From an uncultured Cytophagales bacterium (lineage in GTDB: Bacteria; Bacteroidota; Bacteroidia; Cytophagales; Spirosomataceae): a DNA stretch of 64,000 nt. Location: the NCBI GenBank assembly GCA_963784335.1, contig CAWARB010000039.1, forward strand, positions 14,634-78,633. The letters run 5' to 3'. The notes beneath the pieces were generated by a model. That model worked only from the letters and a program-made list of their open reading frames with translations, was not told where the DNA came from and made no database searches. Positions 31,686-41,248 of the stretch are shown one piece after another. The translations under genes and the position numbers were made by a program. Within the stretch, counting starts at the first letter, position 1, and each line of letters begins with the position of its first letter.

Positions 31686-33079
31686 ATGGACGATAAGATT
31701 GTAGTAGGCCTGGATATTGGGAGTACAAAAATATGCGCGGTGGCCGGGCGTGTGATTCAGGAATAACAAAGAGCAGGAAACACTCGAAGTATTGGGTGTG
31801 GGCGAAACGAGCCTGACCGATGGGGTAGCCAAAGGTTCGGTCGTTAACGTCAACAACACAGTGAATGCCATTCGGAAGGCGGTTGCAGAAGCCTCCAACC
31901 AGTCGAATCTGGATATTTACGAAGTGAACGTGAGTTTTAGTGGTTCGCACGTAACCTCCGTTAAAGCGAGTGGGAGTATTACCCGCTCCTCCTTTGGCGA
32001 CGAGGTACAAACGGACGACATCGATCACCTGCTCAACGATATGTACCGCACCTCGGTCCCGGCCGACAAGGAAATTATCCATGTACTTCCCATGGATTTT
32101 GTGGTGGATACGGAAACCAACATTCAACAACCCGTTGGTCGTAATGGGGTTAAAGCTTGGGGCAGATTTTCAACTCATCACGGCGCAGACAACCGCCGTT
32201 CGTAATACCCGGAAATGTATTTCGCGTAATAACCTGTTGCAGGATACCATGATGCTGTCTGCACTGGCATCAGGTCTGGCCGTGTTAACCGAGGAGGAGA
32301 AATACGCCGGTGTGGCCATTGTCGATATTGGCGGTGGTACGACCGAAATGGCCATCTACTACCGAAATGTGTTGCGCCACATTGCCGTTTTGCCCTGGGC
32401 GGGTAATAGCCTGACATCGGATATCCAGGCAGGTTGCAAGATTCTACCCAACCAGGCGGAGTTACTCAAGAAGAAATTTGGTAACGCCAATCCAAACGAA
32501 TTTAATCTAAACGAAGTCGTCGCCGTACCCGGTCTCATTAATCGCAAACCGAAAGACGTGCTGCTGAAAAATGTAGCGGTTATCATTGAAGACCGTCTGC
32601 GTGAAATTGCTGCCCTGGTTCAGGCTGAAATTGTTCGGTCAGGTTACGAAGGTAAACTGCTGGGGGGTATTGTACTGACGGGCGGATCAGCGTTGATTCC
32701 GGGCGTAGAAGCTATTTTTACCCGCGTAACCAGCATCGAAGAGGTACGGGTTGGGTATCCTGAAAATCTCGAACCTAATGGCCGCGCCGACCTTGTTGGC
32801 GATCCTTCCTACGCCACGGCTGTTGGCCTGGTGTGGGCTGGCTACAAAACTATCGACAACCGGATTTCGTTTATCAGTGACCCAAACCGGTCTAGCAAAG
32901 AAGAGGAACTGGTTGCCTCGCCTAATGTCGTTCGGTCTGGCCCTGTGCCATCCAGTCGGCCCGTTTCGCCTGCTCCTGCGCCGGCACCAACGGTTGAGGA
33001 ACCAAAGAAAAACTGGTACGATAAACTGAAAGAAATGTTCCAGCCGATAAAGGGTGATGAAACGGGTTATTATCCTTAG
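31686..33079 (+). CDS. ftsA: Cell division protein FtsA (frameshifted near 31755 and 32150)
   Basis: VGLDIGSTKI, GV.KGSVVN, IHVLP, VDIGGGTT, AELLKKKFG, GIVLTGGSA, YATAVGL; C-terminal amphipathic WYDKLKEMF. Confidence 0.9.
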
Positions 33080-33149
33080 GCTTTCGACTGTATACCGTAG
33101 ATGCGGGGGCCGCTCATTCGTAAACTAACAGACATTACAAACCCACACG

Positions 33150-34619
33150 ATGACTAATCAGGGCTACAAATTTGAAATAACTCCCAACGATAACCCTATT
33201 ATCATTAAGGTTGTGGGTGTTGGAGGCATGGGCGGTAATGCCGTGAAGCACATGCGCAAAATGAATATGCAGGATGTCAGTTTTGCCGTGTGCAACACAG
33301 ACCGTCAGGCACTCATGAGTAATCCCGTCGAAACGAAACTACAGCTGGGAGACGGATTAGGAGCCGGCACCGAAGCTAAAGCGGGCGAAGAAGCCGCCCG
33401 TGCCAGTATCGATGAGATACGAAACCTGCTGGCCCCACCCACCAAAATGGTGTTCATTACGGCGGGTATGGGGGGGGGCACCGGTACCGGGGCAGCACCC
33501 GTAGTGGCCGAAGTGGCGCGCGAAATGGGCTTGCTTACCGTAGCCGTTGTAACGGCTCCGTACTGGTATGAAGGTACCGACAAAAAGGACCAGGCGCGGG
33601 AGGGTATCGAAAAACTCAAAGTAAGTTGCGATACCGTACTCGTTGTACTGAACGATAAACTGGCTGAACTGTACAGTGAGTTGACCTGGACGGAGGCCTA
33701 CGCCCATGCGGATGATGTATTGGCCAATGCCGTGAAAAGTATTGCCGAAATCATTACCACCCAGGGGGATATCAACGCGGACTTTGCCGACGTGAAGAAA
33801 GTGCTCGAAAAGGCCGGCCAGTCCGTTATGGGTTCAGCCGAGATTGGCGGGGGCGAAGATCGGGCTGTACGGGCCATCGAAGCCGCCCTGAACTCTCCTC
33901 TGCTCAATGACCACGACATCCGGGGAGCGAAGCGGATTCTGCTCACGATATCGTCCAGTAAGAAGCACGCCATGAAGCTGAAGGAGCAAACCGCGATTTC
34001 AGAATTCGTTTCCCATAAGATTCAGAGTGAAGCCAAAATGTTCAAATTCGGGGCTATCACTGATGATAACCTGGGCGAAAATCTGCGCGTGACCATTATT
34101 GCTGCTGGCTTTGATGGCGGACCGCTCGATGGACTGGCGGGTAGCCTCGCTCCGGCTGCTGATACAGCTACGCAGGAACTGGAACCTCCGGTAGACCAGA
34201 ACGACACACCGCAGGATGGCATGCTGCTGGATGAGGTATCCCAGGACGAAAAAATGGAAGAACTTGTACTGGTTGATGCCGACGGGGAGGAGGAAGAGCC
34301 TGCTATCAGGATACCCGTTGATAAGCAGACGCCTACCAACGGACACAACGGGGGAAAAATTATTGTTGCTTCCGAAACACCCGTTATTGATACAAATCCC
34401 TATAAGAACGATACCCACGATACCGACGTACTGGAGCTGGATAACGAGGAACGCCCCAGCGATGAATACCTGATCGAGCAGATAGTCGCCAGCTTCGTAA
34501 AAAATCAGTACTTGGCTGCCGACCTCGACAAGCCTGCTTTCGAGCGTAACAAAACGGTGCTGTATGCAATTCCCATGTTGGCCGAGCAGGATTTTGTACG
34601 GTCCAAACTGAATGACTAG
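33150..34619 (+). CDS. ftsZ: Cell division protein FtsZ
   Basis: IKVVGVGGMGGNAV, NTD, GLGAG, AGMGGGTGTGAAP, NADFADV, ALNSPLL; long acidic linker. Confidence 0.95.
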   Translation: MTNQGYKFEITPNDNPIIIKVVGVGGMGGNAVKHMRKMNMQDVSFAVCNTDRQALMSNPVETKLQLGDGLGAGTEAKAGEEAARASIDEIRNLLAPPTKMVFITAGMGGGTGTGAAPVVAEVAREMGLLTVAVVTAPYWYEGTDKKDQAREGIEKLKVSCDTVLVVLNDKLAELYSELTWTEAYAHADDVLANAVKSIAEIITTQGDINADFADVKKVLEKAGQSVMGSAEIGGGEDRAVRAIEAALNSPLLNDHDIRGAKRILLTISSSKKHAMKLKEQTAISEFVSHKIQSEAKMFKFGAITDDNLGENLRVTIIAAGFDGGPLDGLAGSLAPAADTATQELEPPVDQNDTPQDGMLLDEVSQDEKMEELVLVDADGEEEEPAIRIPVDKQTPTNGHNGGKIIVASETPVIDTNPYKNDTHDTDVLELDNEERPSDEYLIEQIVASFVKNQYLAADLDKPAFERNKTVLYAIPMLAEQDFVRSKLND

Positions 34620-34681
34620 GGTACCCGAATACTTCCTTTATGGCAGAGACGTATAAATCGTCTCTGCTTTTTTTATGACCC

Positions 34682-35386
34682 ATGCAGCCAACTTCCACCA
34701 CTGTTAAAGAGGCAGTTCTGGCGTTGGCCCAGCCCGAACGAGCTATAGCACTGGAACGGTTTTTCAAGACAGGACCAGGTCAATACGGAGAAGGAGATCG
34801 TTTTCTGGGCCTGTCAATGCCGCAACAGCACGCCATCGTTAATCAATACCGCCAACTGCCTGTTGGGGAAACCGAATACCTGCTCCGTGATGAGCACCAC
34901 GAATGCCGGATGGTAGGGCTGCTCATATGGGTTGAGCAGACCCGTAAAGGCAACTCGATTCAACGAGCCGAAATCCTGGAACGCTATCTGGCTAACCGGC
35001 AGTATATCAACAACTGGGATCTGGTCGATGTTACGTGTCCGCATATACTAGGGCGTCATATCGTTCAGGCTGACCGGTCTGTGTTGTATGATCTGGCCCG
35101 CGAAGACAATCTTTGGAGTCAGCGCATAGCCATCGTATCGACCATTGCTCTGATTCGGCTGGGGCAGTTCCGTGACACGTTTGCCCTTGCTGAACTACTG
35201 TTGCCCCATAAGCACGACCTTATTCACAAGGCCATCGGCTGGATGTTACGCGAAGTGGGAAAACGGAATGCTGATGCCCTGGAAGAGTTTCTTCACGACC
35301 ATATCCGGCAATTACCCCGCACAACACTCCGGTACGCCATCGAGCGATTTGATGTACCCCGCCGGCGCTATTACCTTACTTTATGA
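34682..35386 (+). CDS. DNA alkylation repair protein (AlkD-like HEAT-repeat glycosylase)
   Basis: FFKTGPGQYGEGDRFLG, HECR, INNWDLVD, W.QRIAIVST, HDLIHKAIGWMLREVGK, PRTTLRYAIE. Confidence 0.88.
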   Translation: MQPTSTTVKEAVLALAQPERAIALERFFKTGPGQYGEGDRFLGLSMPQQHAIVNQYRQLPVGETEYLLRDEHHECRMVGLLIWVEQTRKGNSIQRAEILERYLANRQYINNWDLVDVTCPHILGRHIVQADRSVLYDLAREDNLWSQRIAIVSTIALIRLGQFRDTFALAELLLPHKHDLIHKAIGWMLREVGKRNADALEEFLHDHIRQLPRTTLRYAIERFDVPRRRYYLTL

Positions 35387-35404
35387 TGCAGTGTTGCCAA
35401 ACAG

Positions 35405-35452
35405 AATGAGCCTGCTCAGGAGTAGGTGATTACCGTCCTGAACAGGCTCATT
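35405..35452. terminator. Stem-loop between convergent alkD-like gene and ffh
   Basis: aatgagcctgctcagga / tcctgaacaggctcatt inverted repeat with one mismatch. Confidence 0.6.
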
Positions 35453-35470
35453 GTAAGGGTTCGAAGCAGA

Positions 35471-36790
35471 CTATCGAGTCATTTTGCTAAGCTTGCCCGA
35501 CGCCTGCATGGTATTCATCTTTTTCATCATCTTCCGCATCTCGTCAAACTGCTTCAGCAGGTTATTCACCTGCTGAATATCCGTACCACTGCCATTGGCG
35601 ATACGTTTTTTGCGGCTTCCATCAATGATGTCGGGACGCTGGCGCTCTTTGGGGGTCATGGAGCCTATAATGGCTTCTATGGGCCTGAATGAGTCATTAT
35701 CGATATCCAGATCTTTGACCATTTTGCCCATACCCGGAATCATACCGAGCAGGTCCTTTACGTTCCCCATCTTCTTGATCTGCTGCAGCTGGCTCAGGAA
35801 GTCATCGAAGTCGAACTGATTCTTCCGCATCTTGGCGTTGATGCGTTTGGCTTCGTCCTCGTCAAAAGCCTGCTGTGCCCGTTCTACCAGCGAAATCACA
35901 TCGCCCATACCCAGAATCCGGCTAGCCATCCGGTCGGGGTAGAACACGTCGAGGGCTTCCATTTTCTCGCCCGTACTGATAAACTTGATGGGCTTGTTAA
36001 CAACTGTTTTGATGGAAAGTGCGGCTCCACCCCGTGCATCGCCGTCGAGCTTGGTTAGCACAACGCCATCAAAATTGAGCCGTTCATTAAAGGTTTTGGC
36101 CGTATTGACGGCGTCCTGCCCCGTCATGGAGTCCACCACAAACAGGGTTTCGCTGGGGGAGATAGCCCTTTTGACGGCCTCAATCTCCTGCATCATGACC
36201 TCGTCCACCGCCAAACGACCGGCCGTGTCGACAATCACGATTTTTTTGCCCGTTTTGCGGGCCTGCTCGATGCCGTTTCTGGCAATGGCAACGGCGTCTT
36301 TATTGTCTGGCTCGGCATACACCTCCACGCCAACCTGTTCGCCCAATACTTTTAGCTGGTCGATGGCCGCAGGGCGGTAAATGTCGGCTGCTACCAGAAG
36401 CACACCCCGGCCCTGTTTTTTCAGAAAGGCCGCGAGTTTACCCGAAAAAGTTGTTTTGCCGGAACCCTGCAACCCGGCAATCAGGATAACGGCCGGGTCT
36501 CCTTTGAGATTAATACCCTGGGCTTCGCCCCCCATCAACTCGGTCAGTTCTTCCTGAACGATTTTGACGAACAACTGGCCTGGCTCAACGGAAATCAGCA
36601 CTTTCCGATCAATTGCCTTGTCCCGAATACGGTCGGTTATGTCCTTGGCCACTTTGTAGTTTACGTCGGCATCGGTCAGCGCCCGACGAACTTCCTTAAT
36701 GGTGGCGGCAACGTTAATTTCGGTAATGCGGCCCTGCCCTTTGAGGGTTTTGATGGCCTTATTTAACTTATCCTGAAGATTCTCGAACAT
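35471..36790 (-). CDS. ffh: Signal recognition particle protein
   Basis: GLQGSGKTT, DIYRPAA, DTAGR, DSMTGQDA, TKLDGDARGGAA, RILGMGD, Met-rich M domain. Confidence 0.97.
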   Translation of the reverse strand: MFENLQDKLNKAIKTLKGQGRITEINVAATIKEVRRALTDADVNYKVAKDITDRIRDKAIDRKVLISVEPGQLFVKIVQEELTELMGGEAQGINLKGDPAVILIAGLQGSGKTTFSGKLAAFLKKQGRGVLLVAADIYRPAAIDQLKVLGEQVGVEVYAEPDNKDAVAIARNGIEQARKTGKKIVIVDTAGRLAVDEVMMQEIEAVKRAISPSETLFVVDSMTGQDAVNTAKTFNERLNFDGVVLTKLDGDARGGAALSIKTVVNKPIKFISTGEKMEALDVFYPDRMASRILGMGDVISLVERAQQAFDEDEAKRINAKMRKNQFDFDDFLSQLQQIKKMGNVKDLLGMIPGMGKMVKDLDIDNDSFRPIEAIIGSMTPKERQRPDIIDGSRKKRIANGSGTDIQQVNNLLKQFDEMRKMMKKMNTMQASGKLSKMTR

Positions 36791-36854
36791 GCGTTTTTAG
36801 ACTTCATACCGGTCAGCACCGGTATGGTTCGTCGCTTTATTGACTGTATAACTG

Positions 36855-36862
36855 CAAAGATA
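36855..36862 (-). promoter_or_regulatory. Bacteroidota -7 promoter element for ffh
   Basis: Minus strand TATCTTTG matches TAnnTTTG, about 65 nt upstream of the ffh ATG. Confidence 0.55.
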
Positions 36863-36987
36863 CTAGTTTCCTACGCGCATTCCGTATCCAAGCCCTCAGC
36901 CTTTTACGCAATCTGTCAGGCCAACCCACTTCGGGAAAGTAGTTTAAGAGTAGCCAATAAAAGCAGCATTGTCCATAGAGGCATGGC

Positions 36988-39900
36988 TTACCGAACGGGT
37001 AGCACCCAGGTAAAGGAAATTGGTACGCCTTCGCTGCTGATGCCCTGTACCACAATACGCAATCGCTTTGCGGTATCATTGAGTGGAAACACCAGGTTAG
37101 TCCGTCCGTCTGGTCCACTTTCGCCCAGCGGTTGCCAGAACAACACGTCACGCCGGTCAGGATGGGGACTGGTTTCGGAGACCTCATAACGCGGTACGTA
37201 GAACTCGCGCGGAGTAACAAAACCCGCAACCGTAGTGGCTACACTGGTGCGTTCGGGGAGCGGAGCATCTCCTCCCTGACGTGTGTGAATAACAATTACC
37301 CCATTTGCTCCCCGCGCACCGTAAATAGCTGCGCTGGCATTTTTAAGCAATTCAATACGACTTATTGTGCGAACATTAATATCTAGGGCAGTGGGCTCAT
37401 CGACGGACGTACCATCGACTACATATAAGGGTGTGTTATCTCCAAAACTGGTGAACCCATGAATCCGAAAGCCTCCACTTCCTGTTCCTCCCAGTACACC
37501 GGGAAAGCGGCCAATTAAACCTCCTGCTGTTTGTACATTGGCGTAAACTGGATTGTTATCATCCACAACCATCACTGCATCTGCTGCTCCACGTAAAACC
37601 GCCTTATCCTCATCCTTGGGTAATTTATACGCTTTTACGACCACCTCGGCCAGTTGGCGGGCCGTCGAATCGCGGTAGAACTCAGGCCAGGCCGTCTGCC
37701 GAAGGCGGGCATCGGTCAGCACCGTTGCGGCATCAGCCCGTTGCGGTACGGCCGGAAGAGAGGAGTCGAACCGGATGCCCGGCGCATCGAAAGTCAGCAT
37801 CGCACCGGTCGGTTGGAGCGCACGGGCCACTAGCCGCACCGTATCGGTTACCAGCAACCCAGCCAGCCTAAAAATGCCCTGCTCGTCGGTATTCAGGCTC
37901 CGCAGTATTTTCTGGCCTCCCTGTTCCAATTGGATAATCACCGTCCCCTGCCTTACAGGTTTTCCCCGTCCGTCCCTGACCCGACCGCTTAGGGTCCAGC
38001 CTCCAGTCGAATCGGCGGGTTGGGGAGCGGGCAACCGTCGCCAGCCCTGCGTCAGCAACAGGTTGTCGAGGTCGCGCAACCGTTCCGGTTCCAGATAGTA
38101 CGCTGGCGACTCAACTGTTCCCCGCAAACCACTCGTTAGCAGCAAATGCGTTCGTATACCGGGCAGGAGGGAATCGGGCGGCAGTTGGTCGGCATCGGTA
38201 ACGGATGCCGACCAACTGCCCGCTACCGGATAGTTATCCGCATCGCGAAACAGTAACCCCAGCCCCACCGTTTGCCGGGCTTCGTACCGGGGCTTGCCCA
38301 GGGCTACCCGCATCTGGATGGCTTCGGTCCGCTCCGGAATGAACACTAGCCGCTCGGCACGGGGCTGACCGGTCTGCTCCCACAGCGTCAGCCGGCAAAT
38401 GCCCGGTGGCAAGCTGGTGAGGGGCAGGGAGAATTGCGCTTCCCCTTTAGGCAGCAACCACTTCTGTCGGTATACCAATTGCTCCCGACTTTGCAGTGTT
38501 ACGTACACCGGTTGTTCTTCGTAGCGACTGGTCGCCCGAATACGCACTGTCATCCGGGTACTGTCCGACACCACATCAGCAGAAAGACTCCAGCCTTCCA
38601 ACTCCGCAACGGGCAGCGCGATGGGTCGGCAAACGGTATTTGGAAGTGGGTCCACTACCGCCTTGTACGACTGGCCCGCCTGGTACGTGAGCGTTACCCG
38701 GCCCATACCAAGGGCATTGGTCGTAAACCGGGATACTTCGGTCCCGGAGCGGTCAATAATGCGTCCGCTAACGGCCTGCCCCTGTCCGGTGGAACGCAGT
38801 GCCTTGATACCCAGGTGCGTTGGCACTCCCGCCAGCCAGCGGCCTCCTTCGGGCAGAAACTGAACATCCAGCGAGTCGGTAGCTGGTTGGATTGGTTGCC
38901 CCGCCTTTGTACCAATGGCCGACGCTAAACGACCAACTGGAGCAACCGGGTCGGTTTGCCGGATGTTGCACAGGGAGAACGACCGCTCGAAAGCGGGTCC
39001 ATTCGCTATTTGGTCCAACTCGGTGTAAGCCCGCAGCCGGTACGTCCCCGCCGACAGCGTATCGGAAAACCGAAAGCTCGTTGCCGCCCGGCCATCAGTC
39101 AGTTGCAGCCATTGGTGTTGTACTACCCGGCCATTGGGCGCGATTAGTTCGACCTGTAACACGCCTTTTTGACCAGCCACAGGCAGTTGCCGGGCCGCAT
39201 CCAGCACGTAGGCACTCAGCCAAAGCTGGTCGCCGGTGCAGTAGAAGCCCTTGTCGGTGTGTACATACACGAGGGGAGCCGTGCGCTCGTACTGCCGCTG
39301 TCGCAACGCATCCAGTGAATCGAGTCTGGCATCAGGTTTAGCCACTTTCCCCGCTTCAATATCGGTGGGGCTTATGTATTCGGCATCGGCGGGCAGCCAG
39401 TCTACGGGCAGCAGGGTGGCCAGCCGTTCGCTGCCGAGGTAACCACGCACATCCAGCCCGTTGCCCTGCGTAATGCCACCGTTGGTGGTTAGTTCCAGCG
39501 TTTTGTTCGGCAGCAACAGCATCGAGTAGGCATAGGGCGAATCCCGATACGGTGAGTTAGCGGCATACACCCGGTTGTAATACACCTCCAGTGGCTGAGT
39601 CGACACCAGCCGACGCTCAAAAGGCAGATCACCCGGCTGGAACAGGGCGCGGGCCTGGTCGGGACCAAGATTCTGGCGGTCGGTGGTGCGCACTAAAGGC
39701 AGTAGCTGATTCACGTTATCGTCGCCGGTCAGCGGGGTCTGGTAAATGGTATAGCCCGCCCGCTGGTGCGTACCCGCCAGCAAACTGGCCAGCAGGTGTT
39801 GCAGCGACCCCTGATACGCCTTCTGCCGACCAGCCTGCCATTTAGCCTGCTGTCGGGTATCGGTAGTTGGCAGTTCGTCAAACCGGGCGGTACCGGCAAA

Positions 39901-40485
39901 GTTCATGCGGTTCCGGTAGACATCAAAATGCTGCAAATCGTAGTGCAGCCGGTAACCCAGGGCCTCATTATCAATAACCAGCGGCTCGGTGGCCGATGCC
40001 AGCAGGCGACCCTTCTCCTCCTGGAAGGAAAGCACATTGGGGTTACTGATGCGGCACTGCCGCGCCTGAGGGCGGCTACCCAGCAGTTCGCGGCTGAACT
40101 GCCGAAACTGCCGTTCCCATACTTTGCTGTGGCGACCCGTAACGGTAACGGCCGCCAGCGCCTGACCGGTTGGGTCAAGTTTGAGGTCGACGGCGCGAGG
40201 GCGGGCATCGGTCAGGCGCAGGGATTGGCGAACGGTCTGGTAGCCCAGGCTGGAGCCCACCAACTCCTGATTGCCCAGCGGCACGTTCGTAAGCCGGTAG
40301 ATTCCATTCTCATCGGCGGTAGTGCCGCGTGATGTGTTGTTGATATACACCGTGGCGAAGGGCAGGGGTTGCCCTGTTTTAGCATCAAAAATCCGACCCG
40401 TCAGGTTGGTAACCGCCGGTTGCGCCTGGGCGATACCCGCGAGCAGGCAGATTATGAGTACATAAAACCCCAATGATACCCTCAT
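36988..40485 (-). CDS. Large secreted multidomain protein: CarboxypepD_reg-like + MG2-like + TonB-receptor plug, no barrel
   Basis: Signal peptide; GRIFDAKTGQPLPFATV; VYVHTDKGFY..GDQLW (MG2-like); DVQFLPEGG; LDNLLLTQGWRR; PLYVVDG...IELLKN.SAAIYGARGANGVIVIHTR (plug); PDRRDVLFWQP. Confidence 0.8.
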   Translation of the reverse strand: MRVSLGFYVLIICLLAGIAQAQPAVTNLTGRIFDAKTGQPLPFATVYINNTSRGTTADENGIYRLTNVPLGNQELVGSSLGYQTVRQSLRLTDARPRAVDLKLDPTGQALAAVTVTGRHSKVWERQFRQFSRELLGSRPQARQCRISNPNVLSFQEEKGRLLASATEPLVIDNEALGYRLHYDLQHFDVYRNRMNFAGTARFDELPTTDTRQQAKWQAGRQKAYQGSLQHLLASLLAGTHQRAGYTIYQTPLTGDDNVNQLLPLVRTTDRQNLGPDQARALFQPGDLPFERRLVSTQPLEVYYNRVYAANSPYRDSPYAYSMLLLPNKTLELTTNGGITQGNGLDVRGYLGSERLATLLPVDWLPADAEYISPTDIEAGKVAKPDARLDSLDALRQRQYERTAPLVYVHTDKGFYCTGDQLWLSAYVLDAARQLPVAGQKGVLQVELIAPNGRVVQHQWLQLTDGRAATSFRFSDTLSAGTYRLRAYTELDQIANGPAFERSFSLCNIRQTDPVAPVGRLASAIGTKAGQPIQPATDSLDVQFLPEGGRWLAGVPTHLGIKALRSTGQGQAVSGRIIDRSGTEVSRFTTNALGMGRVTLTYQAGQSYKAVVDPLPNTVCRPIALPVAELEGWSLSADVVSDSTRMTVRIRATSRYEEQPVYVTLQSREQLVYRQKWLLPKGEAQFSLPLTSLPPGICRLTLWEQTGQPRAERLVFIPERTEAIQMRVALGKPRYEARQTVGLGLLFRDADNYPVAGSWSASVTDADQLPPDSLLPGIRTHLLLTSGLRGTVESPAYYLEPERLRDLDNLLLTQGWRRLPAPQPADSTGGWTLSGRVRDGRGKPVRQGTVIIQLEQGGQKILRSLNTDEQGIFRLAGLLVTDTVRLVARALQPTGAMLTFDAPGIRFDSSLPAVPQRADAATVLTDARLRQTAWPEFYRDSTARQLAEVVVKAYKLPKDEDKAVLRGAADAVMVVDDNNPVYANVQTAGGLIGRFPGVLGGTGSGGFRIHGFTSFGDNTPLYVVDGTSVDEPTALDINVRTISRIELLKNASAAIYGARGANGVIVIHTRQGGDAPLPERTSVATTVAGFVTPREFYVPRYEVSETSPHPDRRDVLFWQPLGESGPDGRTNLVFPLNDTAKRLRIVVQGISSEGVPISFTWVLPVR

Positions 40486-40524
40486 ACCTTTCTGTCGTGA
40501 TTTACCGTGAACTATAAGATGTAA

Positions 40525-40600
40525 AAGCCTTCATGGATACCCTATCTGGTAGACCTCTATTTCAATCGGGGTCTACCAGATAGGGTATCCATGAAGGCTT
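40525..40600. repeat. 31-bp perfect inverted repeat with 14-nt spacer
   Basis: aagccttcatggataccctatctggtagacc (40525-40555) is the reverse complement of ggtctaccagatagggtatccatgaaggctt (40570-40600). Confidence 0.85.
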
Positions 40601-40875
40601 AATTGTGCGTTAGTTGGATCATAGAGCACATTTTGATCTCATAATTCGCGTTAATCTAATCAATTCAATAGTCTTTTAATGCAATTTTAAATACTATAGA
40701 TGCAATATTTTTTTTGGCATTATAGTTGATAGAGTAGAGAAATAAGGGATTGGTATTTTCGTTTAAATTCTACTATATGAAGCAATAGTACTATTTGATT
40801 ATTATATTCGCGGTGTGAGCGTTGTTGCTGAAACGGCTGGTATAACTTATACGGTAACCCTAACCTATTGCCTTT

Positions 40876-41193
40876 ATGAGAACTCGTTTGACTAAAAAAG
40901 CAGCAGCCTGTCTTGTGGTGACTGCTTCGCTGGTTTCCTACCCCATCCTGTCATCAGTAGCCTTTAAAATGCCCACTCAGTCAGTTGTTAGAGCAACACA
41001 ACCGACTGGCCCAATCAAGCAACGCGAGAACCCCGCTATGGCGCGTAACGCGCCTAAAAAAACAGAATCCCCCACTACCGAATCCCCGGCAAAAGAACAG
41101 AAGGTGCAAGACAAAAAAGCTATTGGCCGATGCTGGAAGAGATTAATGAATACGGTTCGGGAAATCAGGCATGCCCAGACCAGGAAAAAATAA
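40876..41193 (+). CDS. Small hypothetical protein with N-terminal hydrophobic segment
   Basis: 105-aa ORF after an AT-rich promoter region; signal/TM-like N-terminus, low-complexity middle, basic helical C-terminus. Confidence 0.55.
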   Translation: MRTRLTKKAAACLVVTASLVSYPILSSVAFKMPTQSVVRATQPTGPIKQRENPAMARNAPKKTESPTTESPAKEQKVQDKKAIGRCWKRLMNTVREIRHAQTRKK

Positions 41194-41248
41194 TCCTGCG
41201 CACTTTCTTCCGGATTTCATTCCGCCCAGTACCAGTCTTGTACAGTTG

